Of a stretch of DNA of 64,000 bases, positions 39,150 to 52,210 are shown piece after piece (position 1 is the first letter of the stretch; every line of letters starts with the position of its first letter). The translations under genes and the position numbers were made by a program. Source of the DNA: Octopus bimaculoides. Taxonomy: Eukaryota. Location: positions 98,062,931 to 98,126,930 of the forward strand of contig NC_068981.1 of NCBI RefSeq assembly GCF_001194135.2, in the 5' to 3' direction. The notes under the pieces are model-generated. The model was not told the DNA's origin and did no database searches. It saw nothing but the letters and a program-made list of their open reading frames with translations.

Positions 39150-39353
39150 ACACACATATATATATTATATAGGTAGTAAGAGTAAATCCCAGTTGCTTCC
39201 TGGGATTATATCATTATTCTTCAATCTGAAGAATTTCTAATAGAAAATCTCTTACATGTTTATCTAACATGAAAAACTTTGTAATTCCTACTAGCAAATA
39301 ACATATGTAAAGGTGAATAAATAATACCAAAAAAATTCCAATTTCCTGTTTCG

Positions 39354-39467
<114 letters not shown>

Positions 39468-40159
39468 CTGCCATTTAAAAAATTCTTCACAGAAGATTTA
39501 CCAACCCGAGGCTATGCTAGTATGCACTAATACAAAGTGCTGTTCAATGACATCTAACCAAGAACCTTGTGGTTGAGAAGTGAATGCCTTAACCATGTAG
39601 CCTTACCTCCTTAATATTATGATTAATTGCAAAAAAAAAAAAAAAAAAAAAAAAGCTTTCACCAATATCTAGATTGCACAAAAAACTTCATTATTTTGTA
39701 ACAAAGCCCAGCCATTCTAACAAATGGTTTACTCTCAAGCCAATGAAGAAACTGCAGTACAAGTGATACCACAACAGTGCACCCCAGTTCACTATTGTGC
39801 CATGTGATGCAGCTATGTGCACAGTGAAAATAGTAAAGTGATACTTAAAAATTGTGAAAAAGACTAACTGATATTCTAACTATGAAGTCATGATAACTTA
39901 AGTTTACATTACTGAACAAAGAAACAATTATTTAATAATTTTTTGCAGGGGTTTTTTTTTTTTTTTTTAACTTTCACCACAATATGTTACACTGAAATAT
40001 TATTTGTTGTAAATTGGGTCACAAGTTAAAGAAGTTTGGGAACTACTACACTCTGCAGTCACTGAAGTTTTTGATATAGCAAAATAGCAGCCAACTGTTC
40101 CATCTTGTCATTTTAGATGAGAACAACACATGAGAAAAATTTAGTTCTTGATACACTAT

Positions 40160-40537
40160 CTTCTTTTATCTTTAACTTGTTTCACTCGTTGGCCTTTGGC
40201 ACTGCTGGAGCACTACCTAGAAGGGTTTAGTCAAACAAATTGATCCCAACACTTACATTCTTTTTTAAGCTTGGTACTTATTCTATAAGTCTCTTTTGCT
40301 GAACTGCTAAGTTATAGGAATGTAAACAAACCAACATTAGTGAGAGAGAGAGAGAAAGAGAGAAAGAAAGAGAGAGAGAGAGATGTATGTATATAATGAG
40401 CTTCTTTTAGCTTCCATCTATCAAATCCCCTCACGAGGTTTTGGTCAGACGACAATTGCCTGAGATGCCACACAGTAGGACTGAACTCAAAATCATGTGG
40501 TTGGGAAGCAAACTTCTTACCACACAGTCACAGCTGC
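40160..40537 (-). mobile_element. SINE family B (internal microsatellite is GA-type)
   Basis: Full motif order present. Confidence 0.8.
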
Positions 40538-40899
40538 ACTTATAAGAAAAATATTTGCTCAATGTGGGACTCAACCCCACAACAAATTAATGGCCACAAT
40601 ATATGACTTAATTATATAAAGACTAACTACGGAAAGTAAGCTATGAAATCCTTACATTCTCTCGATTTCTTGTAATTCAGACCACCCCTCAGTCTCAACA
40701 GACAAAATGGAAAAAGCATTGCCCCAGAGGATGGTGAGAGGGATGCACTGGAATAGCCAATCTGACACATGATGCTCACACCTGCAGATAACCATCTCTG
40801 CCCCAATAACAGTGAGCAAAGGTATGGTCTAGGAGGCCAAGAACATTGGAGGTCTCTACTACCACAGGCTTGACCATAAACTTGTCAGAGAGTGACCAA

Positions 40900-41171
40900 T
40901 ACATTATTTACATTTGAGGGATATTTGTCCTCATATGGCGTAGTGATTAAGAGCGCGGGTTACTAACCCCAAGATTCTGAGTTCAATTTGAAGCAGTGAC
41001 CTGAATAATAATATAACAATAATAATAACATCATAAAATACCTTAGGAATGAGAACCCAGGTTAGAAATTTCCCCAAGATACCTGATGAAGGCTGGAGGG
41101 TATGTCAGCCAAAACATTGTGTTAACAACAAATAAGATGAGGACAAATATCTGTCAAATGTAAATAATGTA
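40900..41171 (+). mobile_element. Composite retroelement: 35-bp inverted ends, tRNA-like head and a Penelope-type tail with a decayed hammerhead motif
   Basis: Inverted ends 40900-40934 / 41137-41171 match 33/35. A box tggcgtagtga at 40936, B-box-like gagttcaatt at 40979, CTGATGA at 41083. Confidence 0.7.
41078..41123 (+). ncRNA. Degenerate minimal type I hammerhead ribozyme motif (probably inactive in this copy)
   Basis: gatac-CTGATGA-a-ggctg(10 nt)cagcc-AAAAC-ATT-gtgtt. Stems I and II pair. GAAA and the expected GTT are each altered by G>A in a CpG context. Confidence 0.55.
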
Positions 41172-42865
41172 CATAATTCCTCATCCCTTAAATATAGAAC
41201 TGGAGTGACCAATACTTTAACATTTTGATCTTCTCAGCCTGATGAGCAGCACAGCCTGAGCTGGTAGCTGAACACACCAAGTTGCCACAGGAGAAGGTGT
41301 CACAGCATGTGGCATCCCAGGTGAAGGGCCTACTGCCACAGAATTGGAAAAGCATCCAGACCATGCTTTATGATATTGTTAAAAGGTGGCATGGCAGCTT
41401 ACTAAATTCCATTGTAAACCAAAACAGCAACTGCCTATTTGAGAGATGTCTTGTTTTCAGATATTCAAAGAATAAAATACTAATAGAAAGATTGCTCACT
41501 TCCCCCACCCACTTATTCCTTGTCTTTTTTTTTTTTCTTGAAGTAAAATTTATTTAAAAGATTTATCAATAGCTTTAAAGAAAGAAACAACAAAAATTCT
41601 CTAGACAGGTCAATTGCATTCATTACAATTCAAGTAAAGATAATCGAAGCCCTCCCTGTAAATATCACTGCTATTGGCATATGAATGCTACCAAGCCATA
41701 AATTATTTAAAATTCTCTAAAACTTAGAACATGAAATCAATTACAATTCAGTAAATTTCATATGCCATCTAAGGACAATACCAAGCAATGTACTGTGTAA
41801 CATTTAGATTAAAATAACAAATGAAATTTAGCTGGAAAATTTCCAAAATAAATATACTATTTTCCTTGTTCAGCTCTTTACAAGGTAGTTTCTTCTTCGC
41901 TTGCTTTCTCTGATTGCTTTCCTGAATTATTAATTTAGAAATAGCTGACATCACATCAATATATGCAGTTTATTGAACAGTTTAATTTTTGCATTTGGAA
42001 AAGCAAATGATTGATAATAATCTATAGTTTGAGTAAGCCAATCTAGAGTAGATTACCAATATTCATTAACTGTCTCATTTGAAACAAATCTTAACGAAAT
42101 TCAACTACTGTTTCATTTATAATAATAGTTGCTTTACTAGTTTTTGATGTATATAAATGTTACAACAGAACAAATGGTAGAAATGTCAACATAATATGCA
42201 ATCAAGGAAAGACTGCTCTAATGCAGATATTCAAGTGTGCAGCAAGTAAAATAATCAATGCATGTTAGGGTTAAAAATGTAAACAAAAACAGCGATTACA
42301 GAATTGTATAGGATAAAGATTTAAAACCAAAATCAGTACAAGATTTATTCTTTATGCTATTTTCCTTTTTTAGGAGAAAGAGGGAGAGAAAAGTTTTAAA
42401 TTTTGAATAAATTTTATATTATTTTCAACTGAAAGTTTCATAAAAGATTTCTCGTAAATACAATGCAAATCATATTGTTTATTATTTTCTAAGCAAAATT
42501 CTAAAACTCAAATACTCAATTTATTTACAACATTTTCTCTGATCAAAAACGAAAAGAATAATGTGTGGAGAGAAAAAAGTTGAAAATGGGGAGTGCTACA
42601 GAGAAATGATGCATGATCTACTTGATATATCAACTGCATTTGAAAAAAAAGATTGAGTAAAGAATAATTTAGTTATTGAACTACAGATCTGGATTGCAGA
42701 TTCAGAAAATGTTAAGCACACTACATAATCTGTTACAACAACTTTGCCTCAGAAGGCTACCTACTTTTCCACCTAATCATAAGTTAGATGAGCAGAATAG
42801 CTTAAAGTATCTTGTGCAGAGCCTCAACAACATACCAGTAGTAAAACAGAAACATATAACTTTTC

Positions 42866-43760
42866 AATGAGAAGATACTCAAAAGTAACCAGAAACATTT
42901 TCTGTGGGACAAACCCATTGTAGTTCAGGCTTCCACTGCTACAAGCCACTTGATGTAATTCTCAGGCATCAGTCTGCTGACCAGTGGCTTAGAAGGCAGT
43001 CATAATGACACATGGTGTGTCTTTGTTCTGAAATGTTTCTCCCTTGTTTGTTGATTTTTGCAATGCCTGAAAAGAAGGAACAACATGCTTCCGTGGAATT
43101 CTGTTTTCTAATGAGGAAAATGGCAGCCAAAACAGTTGTCACATTTCAAGCAGCTTACAAGGGTGTTGCCATGAGCAAAACATGTGTTTATGAGTGGTTT
43201 TCATGCTTTAGGAATGGTCACTTGCTGCTTGGAGACCAAACTCATTCAGGACAACTGTTGACCTCCCAAACGAATGGAAACATCACAAAAATTCATGAAC
43301 TGATCTCAGAGGGCCATCATCAAACAATTGACTGGTGTGTCCTGGAACTCCTACCAATGAATTTTGGGCTGGGAATTGCGCATGAAAGGAGTTGCAGCAA
43401 AATTTGTGCCTCGCTTACTCACAGAAGATCAAAAGCAATCACAACTGAATGCATGTCATAAACTGAAAGAAAAGTTGGAAATTGATCCGGACCTTTTTTT
43501 CAAAGGTCATCACCAGTGACAAAAGCTGATGCTATGGAATTTGAAGATGTGAAAGAGGTGAAGAAAAAAATAATGGAGATGTTAAAAGGCATCAACTTGC
43601 AAGAGTTCCAGCACTGCTTCCAACAGTGGAAAATGCATCTGGACCAATGCATTGCTTCAGTTGGAGATTACTTTGAAAACTAAAAAAATTTAAACATGTA
43701 AAACTAATTGAATGAAATAATATTGCAAACTTTCAGTTCCTTTTGGGTACCCTCCTCATA
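42866..43760 (+). pseudogene. Internally deleted mariner element
   Basis: Degenerate TIRs (aatgagaagatactcaaaagtaacc / ggaactgaaag...ttttgggtaccctcctcata). Translates across frameshifts to KTCVYEWFSCFRNG, AAKFVPRLLTEDQK, KVITSDKS*CYG and FQQWKMHLDQCIASVGDYFE; most of the catalytic domain is missing. Confidence 0.88.
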
Positions 43761-45430
43761 CTCCATAACTACTCCAGTATTTCTATAATCATACACACAG
43801 AATTATATTTGTGTGCATACATGCATGTAAAAGTGTCTGTATGTTTGTTGTCTTGACATTGTGTGATAGTTGCAAAAAGATTGTCACTGTCTTACAAGCA
43901 GTGTCGTTCATTTCCATTATTCTGCAAAAGCATATCTAGTAATGGGAAAATATTACCTTGCTTCAAAATAGGTGAAGGTCAGTGACAGGTATTTGTGTGT
44001 CCAGCCATAGAAAATCTGCCCCAATAAGATCCATCTGACCCATGCAAGCATGGAAAAAGGAACATTAAAAATGATGGTGATTATGAACTGTGAACATCCT
44101 GTTTGTGCATCTACAAAGTTGTAGATACTATTTCTCTGGTATCCACAACTTTAGAGTTTAAAATATTAAAGTAACTTAGATGCTGTTTTCTCATTTAGGC
44201 TATGATACATTAATTCTCATAGCAACTTTTCAAGTATTTACTCACTGATGAATGTGTTGATAATACAAGCTGTCAGAATTTGAGAAGAAATCTGTAAAAA
44301 TTGCCTAATTTCATTCAGATGTTTTTTAAAGACATTTCAGGCAAAGACAGTGTTTTCCACTATAAGTATTAAGTATCCCTAGTCAATTCTGATAAAGTTG
44401 ATCTCTATCACTGATATAGCTGATCAAGGAATTATTCAACCATAATCAATCTTGTTTTATTGTTAATGGATTATTTTAAAATTTATAACTTAATCTATAC
44501 AACTCCTGTTTAAAAGTTGCCAGAGAAATTCAATAATTCCATAATATAGAAATGAGAGCATTTCATTTGATGTGTGACTGCTACAATTGAGAAAGATGAA
44601 TGTCTATGCTAGCAAATGATATGGGAGAAGTGATAACTTATATGTCTACCATCCAGTAAGTAACATATCTCCAAACCAAAAGTTTATATCCTTACAGAGG
44701 ATACCTTATTAAAGCAGCTGATTTACAGTATCCAACGTTCAATTTAAAATTCTTTTAAAAAATAATAAAAATTGTAATTTTAGTGAAACCTTTCAGTTCA
44801 AAATGCTATTTTCACTGAAATTACCAATTTCAACTTGTCTACTTGTCACCATCATCATCATCATCACCATCATCGTTAATATCTCAGATTTGCTTCTGAA
44901 TATTGAAGAATCTACAGAAATTTGAGAAAAGTGCTCTAAATTCAATATTCTCTGTTTTGCAGATTTATGGTACACATTATTGATAGAACTAGTTTGTTGA
45001 ATGATTTAAATGTGTAAAAGCATATGGATTCAGTCAATGTAGAAAAGGAAATATAGAATAAATTGACACAGACTGTTTTATACCAGCAGCTCCCTACATT
45101 TGTAGACCCCAGGGGCAGGGTCCACAAATATAGTATGAGGGGTAGGAAGTGACAAGAGTCATGCTCGAATTTCTAATAGACTGCAGTGTAGAATGTTTAA
45201 TTATTCATCATCATCGTCATTATTATTATTATTATTATTAATGTCCACTTTTCCATGCTTGCATGGGTGAAACAATTTATTGAAACAGAATTTCTAAGAC
45301 CAGATGTTCTTTCCATTGCCAACCCTTACCTGTAAGGTAATATTTCCCCACAGCAGATATGTTTTTGTAGAATGCTGGAAATGAATGACATTGATGTATA
45401 AGAATCAGGCGATATCGAAACCATGCAATA

Positions 45431-45466
<36 letters not shown>

Positions 45467-45527
45467 TACATACAAATACACTATGTATGTATGTATGTAT
45501 GTATGTGTTTGTGCGTGTGTGTGTGTA

Positions 45528-45682
45528 TGATGGGCTTCCTTCAGTTTCCATCTACCAAATCCACTTATAAGGCTTTGGTCAGCTTAGGGATATAGTAGAA
45601 GACACTCTCCAAGATGCCACACAGTGGGACTGAATCTGTAATCATCTAGTTGGGAAACAAACATCTTAACTACAAAGCCACA
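45528..45682 (-). mobile_element. SINE family B head half
   Basis: gatgggcttccttcagtttccatctaccaaatcc ... tacaaagcc. Confidence 0.75.
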
Positions 45683-46647
45683 GTTGATTAAAGATAAAAT
45701 ATATAAGACAGAAATAATGGGTTATAGACATATATTTATTATAATAGGCTTACAGATGTTTTGGATATACATTTGGGTGCATTCATGGTTCAATTTTATC
45801 AATCGATTGATCAACTGAAAATACAGGGAACCACCAGCAATACTGTCGGCTGCCAATCTATCAACTGATAAAATTAAACTATGAATGAACCCAAATGCAT
45901 ATTTGAAACTGTAAGCCTATAATAAATAAATGCATATAGTCCATTATTTCTGTCCATTTTATGTATCATCCTGCAAAAACATGTCATCTTCACTGGGTAA
46001 TGCAACCATGGATGTACAAATTTGACTGGTGATAGATTTCCACTTCAGCTTTCGAGTTTGGATTATCTGGAGTACAATACTGATCACAAGACTTTTCTGT
46101 TAGCCTGGTGTAATTTTATCTTCAGAGAGCTTAAGAAGTATTTAAAGCATTTTTAAAGCATTTTACCTGGATTACTATCACTCATTAATCCCTCTTTGTT
46201 TATATGTCTATATTTATCTGTACATGTCACTCTGTGTGTGTATACATACATGTGTACATGCTTATATATGTACATACATACATACATATATGTACATTGT
46301 GTGTGTGTGTGTTCAGTTACACATATCCTTCAGTTGGGAGATAAAATTGGGAAAACGAGTTTGTTGTTAATATAATTAGCTTGCTAAGTAGACAAGCCTT
46401 TCAAATGTTTGGCATAAAAGGGGGTCATCGACAGTGAAAAGGCTGGGATCCACTGCTTCATGTTACAGAAAACATGGAATGAGAAGATATTTTCTTGCTG
46501 CTACTTGCAGGTAATTGACTGTGACAAACCCAAAGGACAAACTAAATAATGTTGTGATAAAAGAGCTTTAGATTCAATGTCAGTCTATGGTGGAATGTTC
46601 TCGAACAACAGTGAATTTGATGTTGTACTATGAAAATGTATTACATA

Positions 46648-47040
46648 TACTCTTTACTCTTTTACTTGTTTCAGTCATTTGATTGTGGCCATGCTGGAGC
46701 ACTGCCTGTAGTCGAGCAAATCGACTCCGGGACTTATTCTTTGTAAGCCTATTACTTATTCCATCAGTCTCTTTTGCCGAACCGCTAAGTTACGGGGACA
46801 TAAGCACACCAGCATCGGTTGTTAAGCAATGCTAGGGGGACAAACACACACACACACACATATATATATACATATATACGATGGGCTTCTTTCAGTTTCC
46901 GTCTACCAAATCCACTCACAAGGCTTTGGTCGGCCTGAGGCTATAGTAGAAGACACTTGCCCAAGATGCCACGCAGTGGGACTGAACCCGGAACCATGTG
47001 GTTGGTAAGCAAGCTACTTACCACACAGCCACTCCTGCGC
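46648..47040 (-). mobile_element. Young full-length SINE family B
   Basis: Retains many CpGs; head gcgcaggagtggctgtgtggtaag intact. Confidence 0.9.
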
Positions 47041-47045
47041 TTATA

Positions 47046-47850
47046 TTTTTTACTTGTTTTAGTCATGGGACTGCAGCCCTACTGGAGCACCACCTTGAAG
47101 GTTTTAGTTAAACAGATGAACCCCAGTACTTATTTTTTTAAGCCTGGTATCTAATCTATTGGTCTCTTTTGCTGAACTGCTAAGTTACGGGGGTGTAACA
47201 AACCAACACTAGTTGTCAAGTGGTGGTGTGGAACAAACACAACACAAACATAAAGACACGCATGCACACACTTATGGTTGTGTGGTAAGAAGCTTGCTTC
47301 CCAACCACATGGTTCCAGGTTCAGTCCCACTGCGTGTCACCTTGAGCAATTGTCTTCTACTATAGCTTCGGGCTGACCAAAGCCTTGTGAGTGGATTTGG
47401 TAGACAGAAACTGAAAAAGGCCTGTCGCACGCATGCACGCGTGTGTGTGTGTGTGTGTTTGTCCCCACCACCATCGCTCGACAACTGATGTTAGTGTGTT
47501 TATGTCCCCGAAACTTAGCAGTTCGGCAAAAGATACCGATAGAATAAGTACTAGACTTACAAAGAATAAGTCCTGGGGTTGATTTCTTCAACGAAAGGCG
47601 GTGCTCCAGCAGGGATGCAGTCAAATGACTGAAACGTGTAAAAGAGGAAAAAAATAATATATATACATGCGCGCATGCATGCACACAAGCAAACACACAC
47701 ACACACACACACACACTATGTTTCCTTCTACCAAATCCTTCACAAGGCTTTGGTTGACTTGAGGCTATAGTAGAAATCACTCACCCAAGATACCATATAG
47801 TGAGCTTGAACAGAGAACCATGTGACTGTGAAGCAAAATTCTTACCACAC
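47046..47850 (-). mobile_element. SINE family B split in its CA microsatellite by an opposite-strand family B copy
   Basis: Tail half at about 47046-47265 and head half at about 47715-47850 flank the plus-strand copy. Confidence 0.75.
47274..47650 (+). mobile_element. SINE family B nested in the previous copy
   Basis: ggttgtgtggtaagaagcttgc ... gactgaaacgtgtaaaag; gcatgcacac occurs on both flanks as a possible TSD. Confidence 0.85.
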
Positions 47851-47963
47851 ATCCAGATCTGTGCCTTTAGTGTATATACTAAATATATATACATTTTGTG
47901 TGTGGATATATGTTGTGTGTACATAGAGGTGAGCTTATATATATATACATATATGCTCATATA

Positions 47964-48000
<37 letters not shown>

Positions 48001-48477
48001 ATGTGTGTGTAGTCTGCATACAGGCATATATGCATACAATAAACATGGGTATATAAAAAACTGCATGCATGTATGTATGTATAGAGTATGCAGACAAGTG
48101 TAATGTAACAATCAAGCTAATACATAGCTTCCAAGTGAAAAGCAAGCAAGAAAGTAATAAACTTATGTTCTCAATGTAACAATGTGTATAGACAGTGTTG
48201 TTTTTGTTGATAGCATGTGTAGAATGAACAGCACTTGAAATGACATCATGTCACTTAAATGGTATGTTCTGCTGATGGCAACAAACAGCATCATGTGTAG
48301 AAATGGGACATGTTCTGTGAGCAACAATATGCATTGAAAGTGTTGACAAGACTGTAACTGTTGGGCTGCTGAGCTGTGACATGCCAGACTGGAGAGCAAT
48401 GATCACTTCTGCTTATAGTACACATTCAATGAACAAAGGAATGATAAAAACTGATGGCATTTCATTGTCACAGATCT

Positions 48478-48772
48478 TTTATCTTTTACTTGTATCAGTC
48501 ATTGGATAGCAGCCATGCTGGAGTACTGCCTTGAAAGGTATTAGTTGAACAGATCAACTCTAAGACTTATTTTTAAGTCTGGTACTTATTCAATTGGTCT
48601 CATTTGAGAAACCACAAAATGACAGGGATGTAAGCAGACCAACACTGGTTGTCAAGTGGTATGGGACAAATACACACACACATACAATGGACTTCCTCAC
48701 AGTTTCTGTCAACTAAATTCTCTCACAAGACATTGGTCAGTCCAAGGCTATAGTAGACGACACGTACCTGAG
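48478..48772 (-). mobile_element. SINE family B, head truncated
   Basis: Tail to gtagacgacac motif order. Confidence 0.8.
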
Positions 48773-51141
48773 GTATTTATTAATCAGTAGGAAGCACTGA
48801 CTAGACACAAGCTGGAGAGTTGATTACCTCTGCTTGGTTGCCTGAGTGATAGCATGTGATCGTCGAAAGGCCCAAAATACCTAATGACCTTAGGAAATAT
48901 CACTGACGATGTGTTCAGGATGCATCACAAGATGATGTATGGAAACAACATATTACTTGCTTTTCTTTCCTTATTCAATTGTTTTGTATTAATCATGCAT
49001 TACATCATGGCTTTGAGATTTTGATGATGTGATTGTTTATTTTAGAATGACATTGTAGGGTAGGTGTGAGAGGCCAAACCTAGCCAGTTTGAACATAAAC
49101 CAGGTAGAATATTTTAGCCAGATAGGACCAGTTTAAATGCTAACGGGTTAAATCTTGGAGCATATTTACTATTCAATTCTGGGTTAACCATCAATAGAAC
49201 TAATCTTATTACCACAAAAAGTTTCTTTAACATGTCTTCTTTAACTCTCAGTATTGACCAATGAAATTCTTCTTATCTAGTCAGAATTACAACACATCAG
49301 CAAGGCACAAACTATGCATGGCCTAGGCTTAATTTTATCTCAGGAAGTTGAATTATGCTTGTATAAAATATTATATTAAATAGATTTTATTGAGGATACA
49401 CAGTAATATAGTAATTACATCAAAGTACTCATCAGTTTTATCCTACTTCAATATTTTTCATTACGGTTAAGGTAGCAACCTAGCAGAACCTGTTAGCATG
49501 TCAGGCAAAATGTTTCACAGAATTTCATCTGTCTTCACGTTCTGAGTTCAAATTCTACCAAGGTCAACTTTGCCTTTCATCTTTTTGAGGTTGATAAATT
49601 AAGTGCCATTTGAACACTGGGGTCAATGTAATCGACTTACTCTCTTTCCCGAATTTGCTGGCTTTGTACCAAAATTTGAAATCAATAGTTTTCATTGTGG
49701 TTTAGACACGACTAATGAAGAAGAGAGAAACCATATCTCATGGATTATCTTCAAACCAGAGTAACCAGATCAATCGTTTGCAACTGAATAGCATACCAAA
49801 TACTTTCAAAGGCCAGATGGTCACATTAAACTGGACAACATATTAAGTTTACAACCCAAGAGCAAATACAGTCTATCTAAGGGGCTCCACCACAGTTTAT
49901 ATCAACCCAATTCCTTTCATGGGGTTTTAGCTGACCTGAGGTTTCAAATACCACAATGAAGGATTAAGCCCAAATGCACACAATTACAATGTGAAACTTC
50001 TTAACTCTACAGCTATTCCTGTGCACACATACCCTTTGTATCAACATACTTTGTTTTATCTAAATATAAACATATGTTTACCATTAACACTTTGCTTCCT
50101 CATCAAGTAATATATGAAGAGTCTTTCTTCTTACAAGATTAAAAGAAATCTCTCTATTAGCTACCAGTCTTCCTTACTATCAACATTATAAATATTACGT
50201 TTATGTAAATCTACTTCAATTAAATGCCATTGACCCTCAGCTTCCCAAAGTTGATAGTTTGTAATTTCCTATGAACCCACTTGTAAGTATAACACTCTAG
50301 CGAATAACTGACAGTTCACAGAATTTAAGCATTTATATCATCTAATAGTTTCAAGAAGTGGAGTACATTGATCTCTTCACTCAGCACATTGAAGCTACAT
50401 AATACTAACATCGTTTTTTGTAATAATTATCTCTTTTACATGAAGAATGGGGATTTGTCATGCAAATTCAGGCTTGGATAGATTCACAATAACACACTTA
50501 AATCAATGAAAATAGGAAGTTATCAAAAACTTATTTATCTTAAACTTCAAAACTTAGTTTTAAACACCTACTTATTTCCACCCACTTTTTAAATGTGGCT
50601 TTAACTGCAAAGACCATAAAATATATATTCTAATCAAGAACTTCTAAGAGGCTATTTGGCTTGCAAAAGAAATAGCAGCCAAATCTCCCTCAAATCAGAC
50701 CTACCACCTTTAAAAAAGGGAAAGACACCTTGGATAATTAATTTAGGCCTAGATTGACAATACCATGTAGTCCTAGTTACACAATGTAGTCATATATATA
50801 CTAAAAGACAACATGGACCTGGCTGAAACAACGAGAATTCTTTAAAATAATGCAAAAAAAAAAAATAATAATAATAAACTGAAGTGGTCTATCTATGATG
50901 TTGTGTCTTTTAGATGAGTCAGAGCAGTATTTCCTAACCCTTGAAATACAGTCCATGTCTCAAGGAACCCCTATTTAAAAATTACTATTTATCATTAGTA
51001 GTCTTTTTTCTTTCTCTTTCATAAAATTAAGTTTCATGAATTAAACAAATCATAAAAGCATCTTTGAAATGTTTGGCAGTGTTAAATCCCTCAGTTGCCA
51101 TAAAGAAGGTTTAAGACATCTTATCTTAACCAAGATTTTGT

Positions 51142-51600
51142 TTAACTCCTTAGCATTCAGATTATTCTGTCAAATGTAATGCTTAACAATATTGTTTTGA
51201 ATTAATCATGCATAATCTTGAAGCTTCAAGATTTCAATGCTGAGTTTGTATATTTTTAGAATGACATTATAGGATAGATGTGAGAGGTTGGAGCAGGTCA
51301 GTTTGAACATAAAACAGGTAGAATATTTATTTATTGCACACAGGAGGCTAAACATAGAGGGGATTAACAAGGACAGACAAAGGGATTAAGTCGATAACAT
51401 CAACCCCAGTGTGTAACTGGTACTTATTTAATCGACCCTGAAAGGATGAAAGGCAAAGTCGACCATGGCAGAATTTGAACTTAGAACATAAAGACAGACG
51501 AAATACTGCTGCGCATTTCGCCCAGTGTGCTATCATTTCTGCCAGCTCGCCACCTTAAAACAGGTAGAATATTATAGCTGGATTAAATGCTAGAGGGTTA
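51142..51600 (+). mobile_element. piggyBac-like MITE family E interrupted by SINE D
   Basis: ttaactccttagcattcag ... aaatgctagagggtta. Confidence 0.8.
51328..51555 (-). mobile_element. SINE family D (core gcctttcatcctttc.gggtcgat.aa.taagtaccag, resembling the Meta/V-type SINE domain) nested in a family E MITE
   Basis: Perfect 18-bp TSD taaaacaggtagaatatt at 51310-51327 and 51556-51573. Other family D copies at about 40-255 (-), 26020-26310 (+), 49470-49685 (+), 57850-58020 (+) and 61335-61470 (+). Confidence 0.85.
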
Positions 51601-52014
51601 GACCAAACTCCTATAAAATTCCCAATTGAGAGGTTGTTTTCTTCCCCACAGAGCCACTTTACTAGCTAGGGATGACAGGATTACCCTAGCTTGGGAAATA
51701 TATCATGCATCATCATCATCATCATCTTTATCACCATATTCTAATCTTAATGTCTGTTAGAATTATGAATACAGAATTAAACATGAAAATTACTCCAAAA
51801 TCCACTTGCATACAATTAACCTTCCTGTACTTCTTGTTTAATGTCCATTTTTGTATGGATCAGACTGAAGTTATTGAGGGAAATATCCTCCAGGTGAATG
51901 CCTTTATAGTCACCAATCTATATCTGTTTTTAAGCAAGGAAATATTTTGCTGACTAGATAGGTTTTAACAGAATATTGAAAGGGAATGCCATTCATTTAC
52001 AACAATCTCACAAT

Positions 52015-52027
52015 GTCAAGACAAAAA

Positions 52028-52072
<45 letters not shown>

Positions 52073-52210
52073 ACACACACACACACACACATAAATAGAC
52101 ATACACAGAGGCTTTGGTCAGGCCAGGGCTATAGAAGAAGACAGCTGCCCATGATGTTATGTAGTAGGACTGAACCTGAAACCGTGTGACTAGAAAGCAA
52201 ACTTCTTAAT
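52015..52210 (-). mobile_element. SINE family B head fragment
   Basis: CA repeat followed by ggctttggtcaggccagggctatagaagaagac. Confidence 0.65.

Noticed and set aside
41225-41300. Second CTGATGA with a cagc/gctg stem as another hammerhead
   Set aside because: No GAAA after stem II and no convincing stem I or III register; at best a badly decayed relic.
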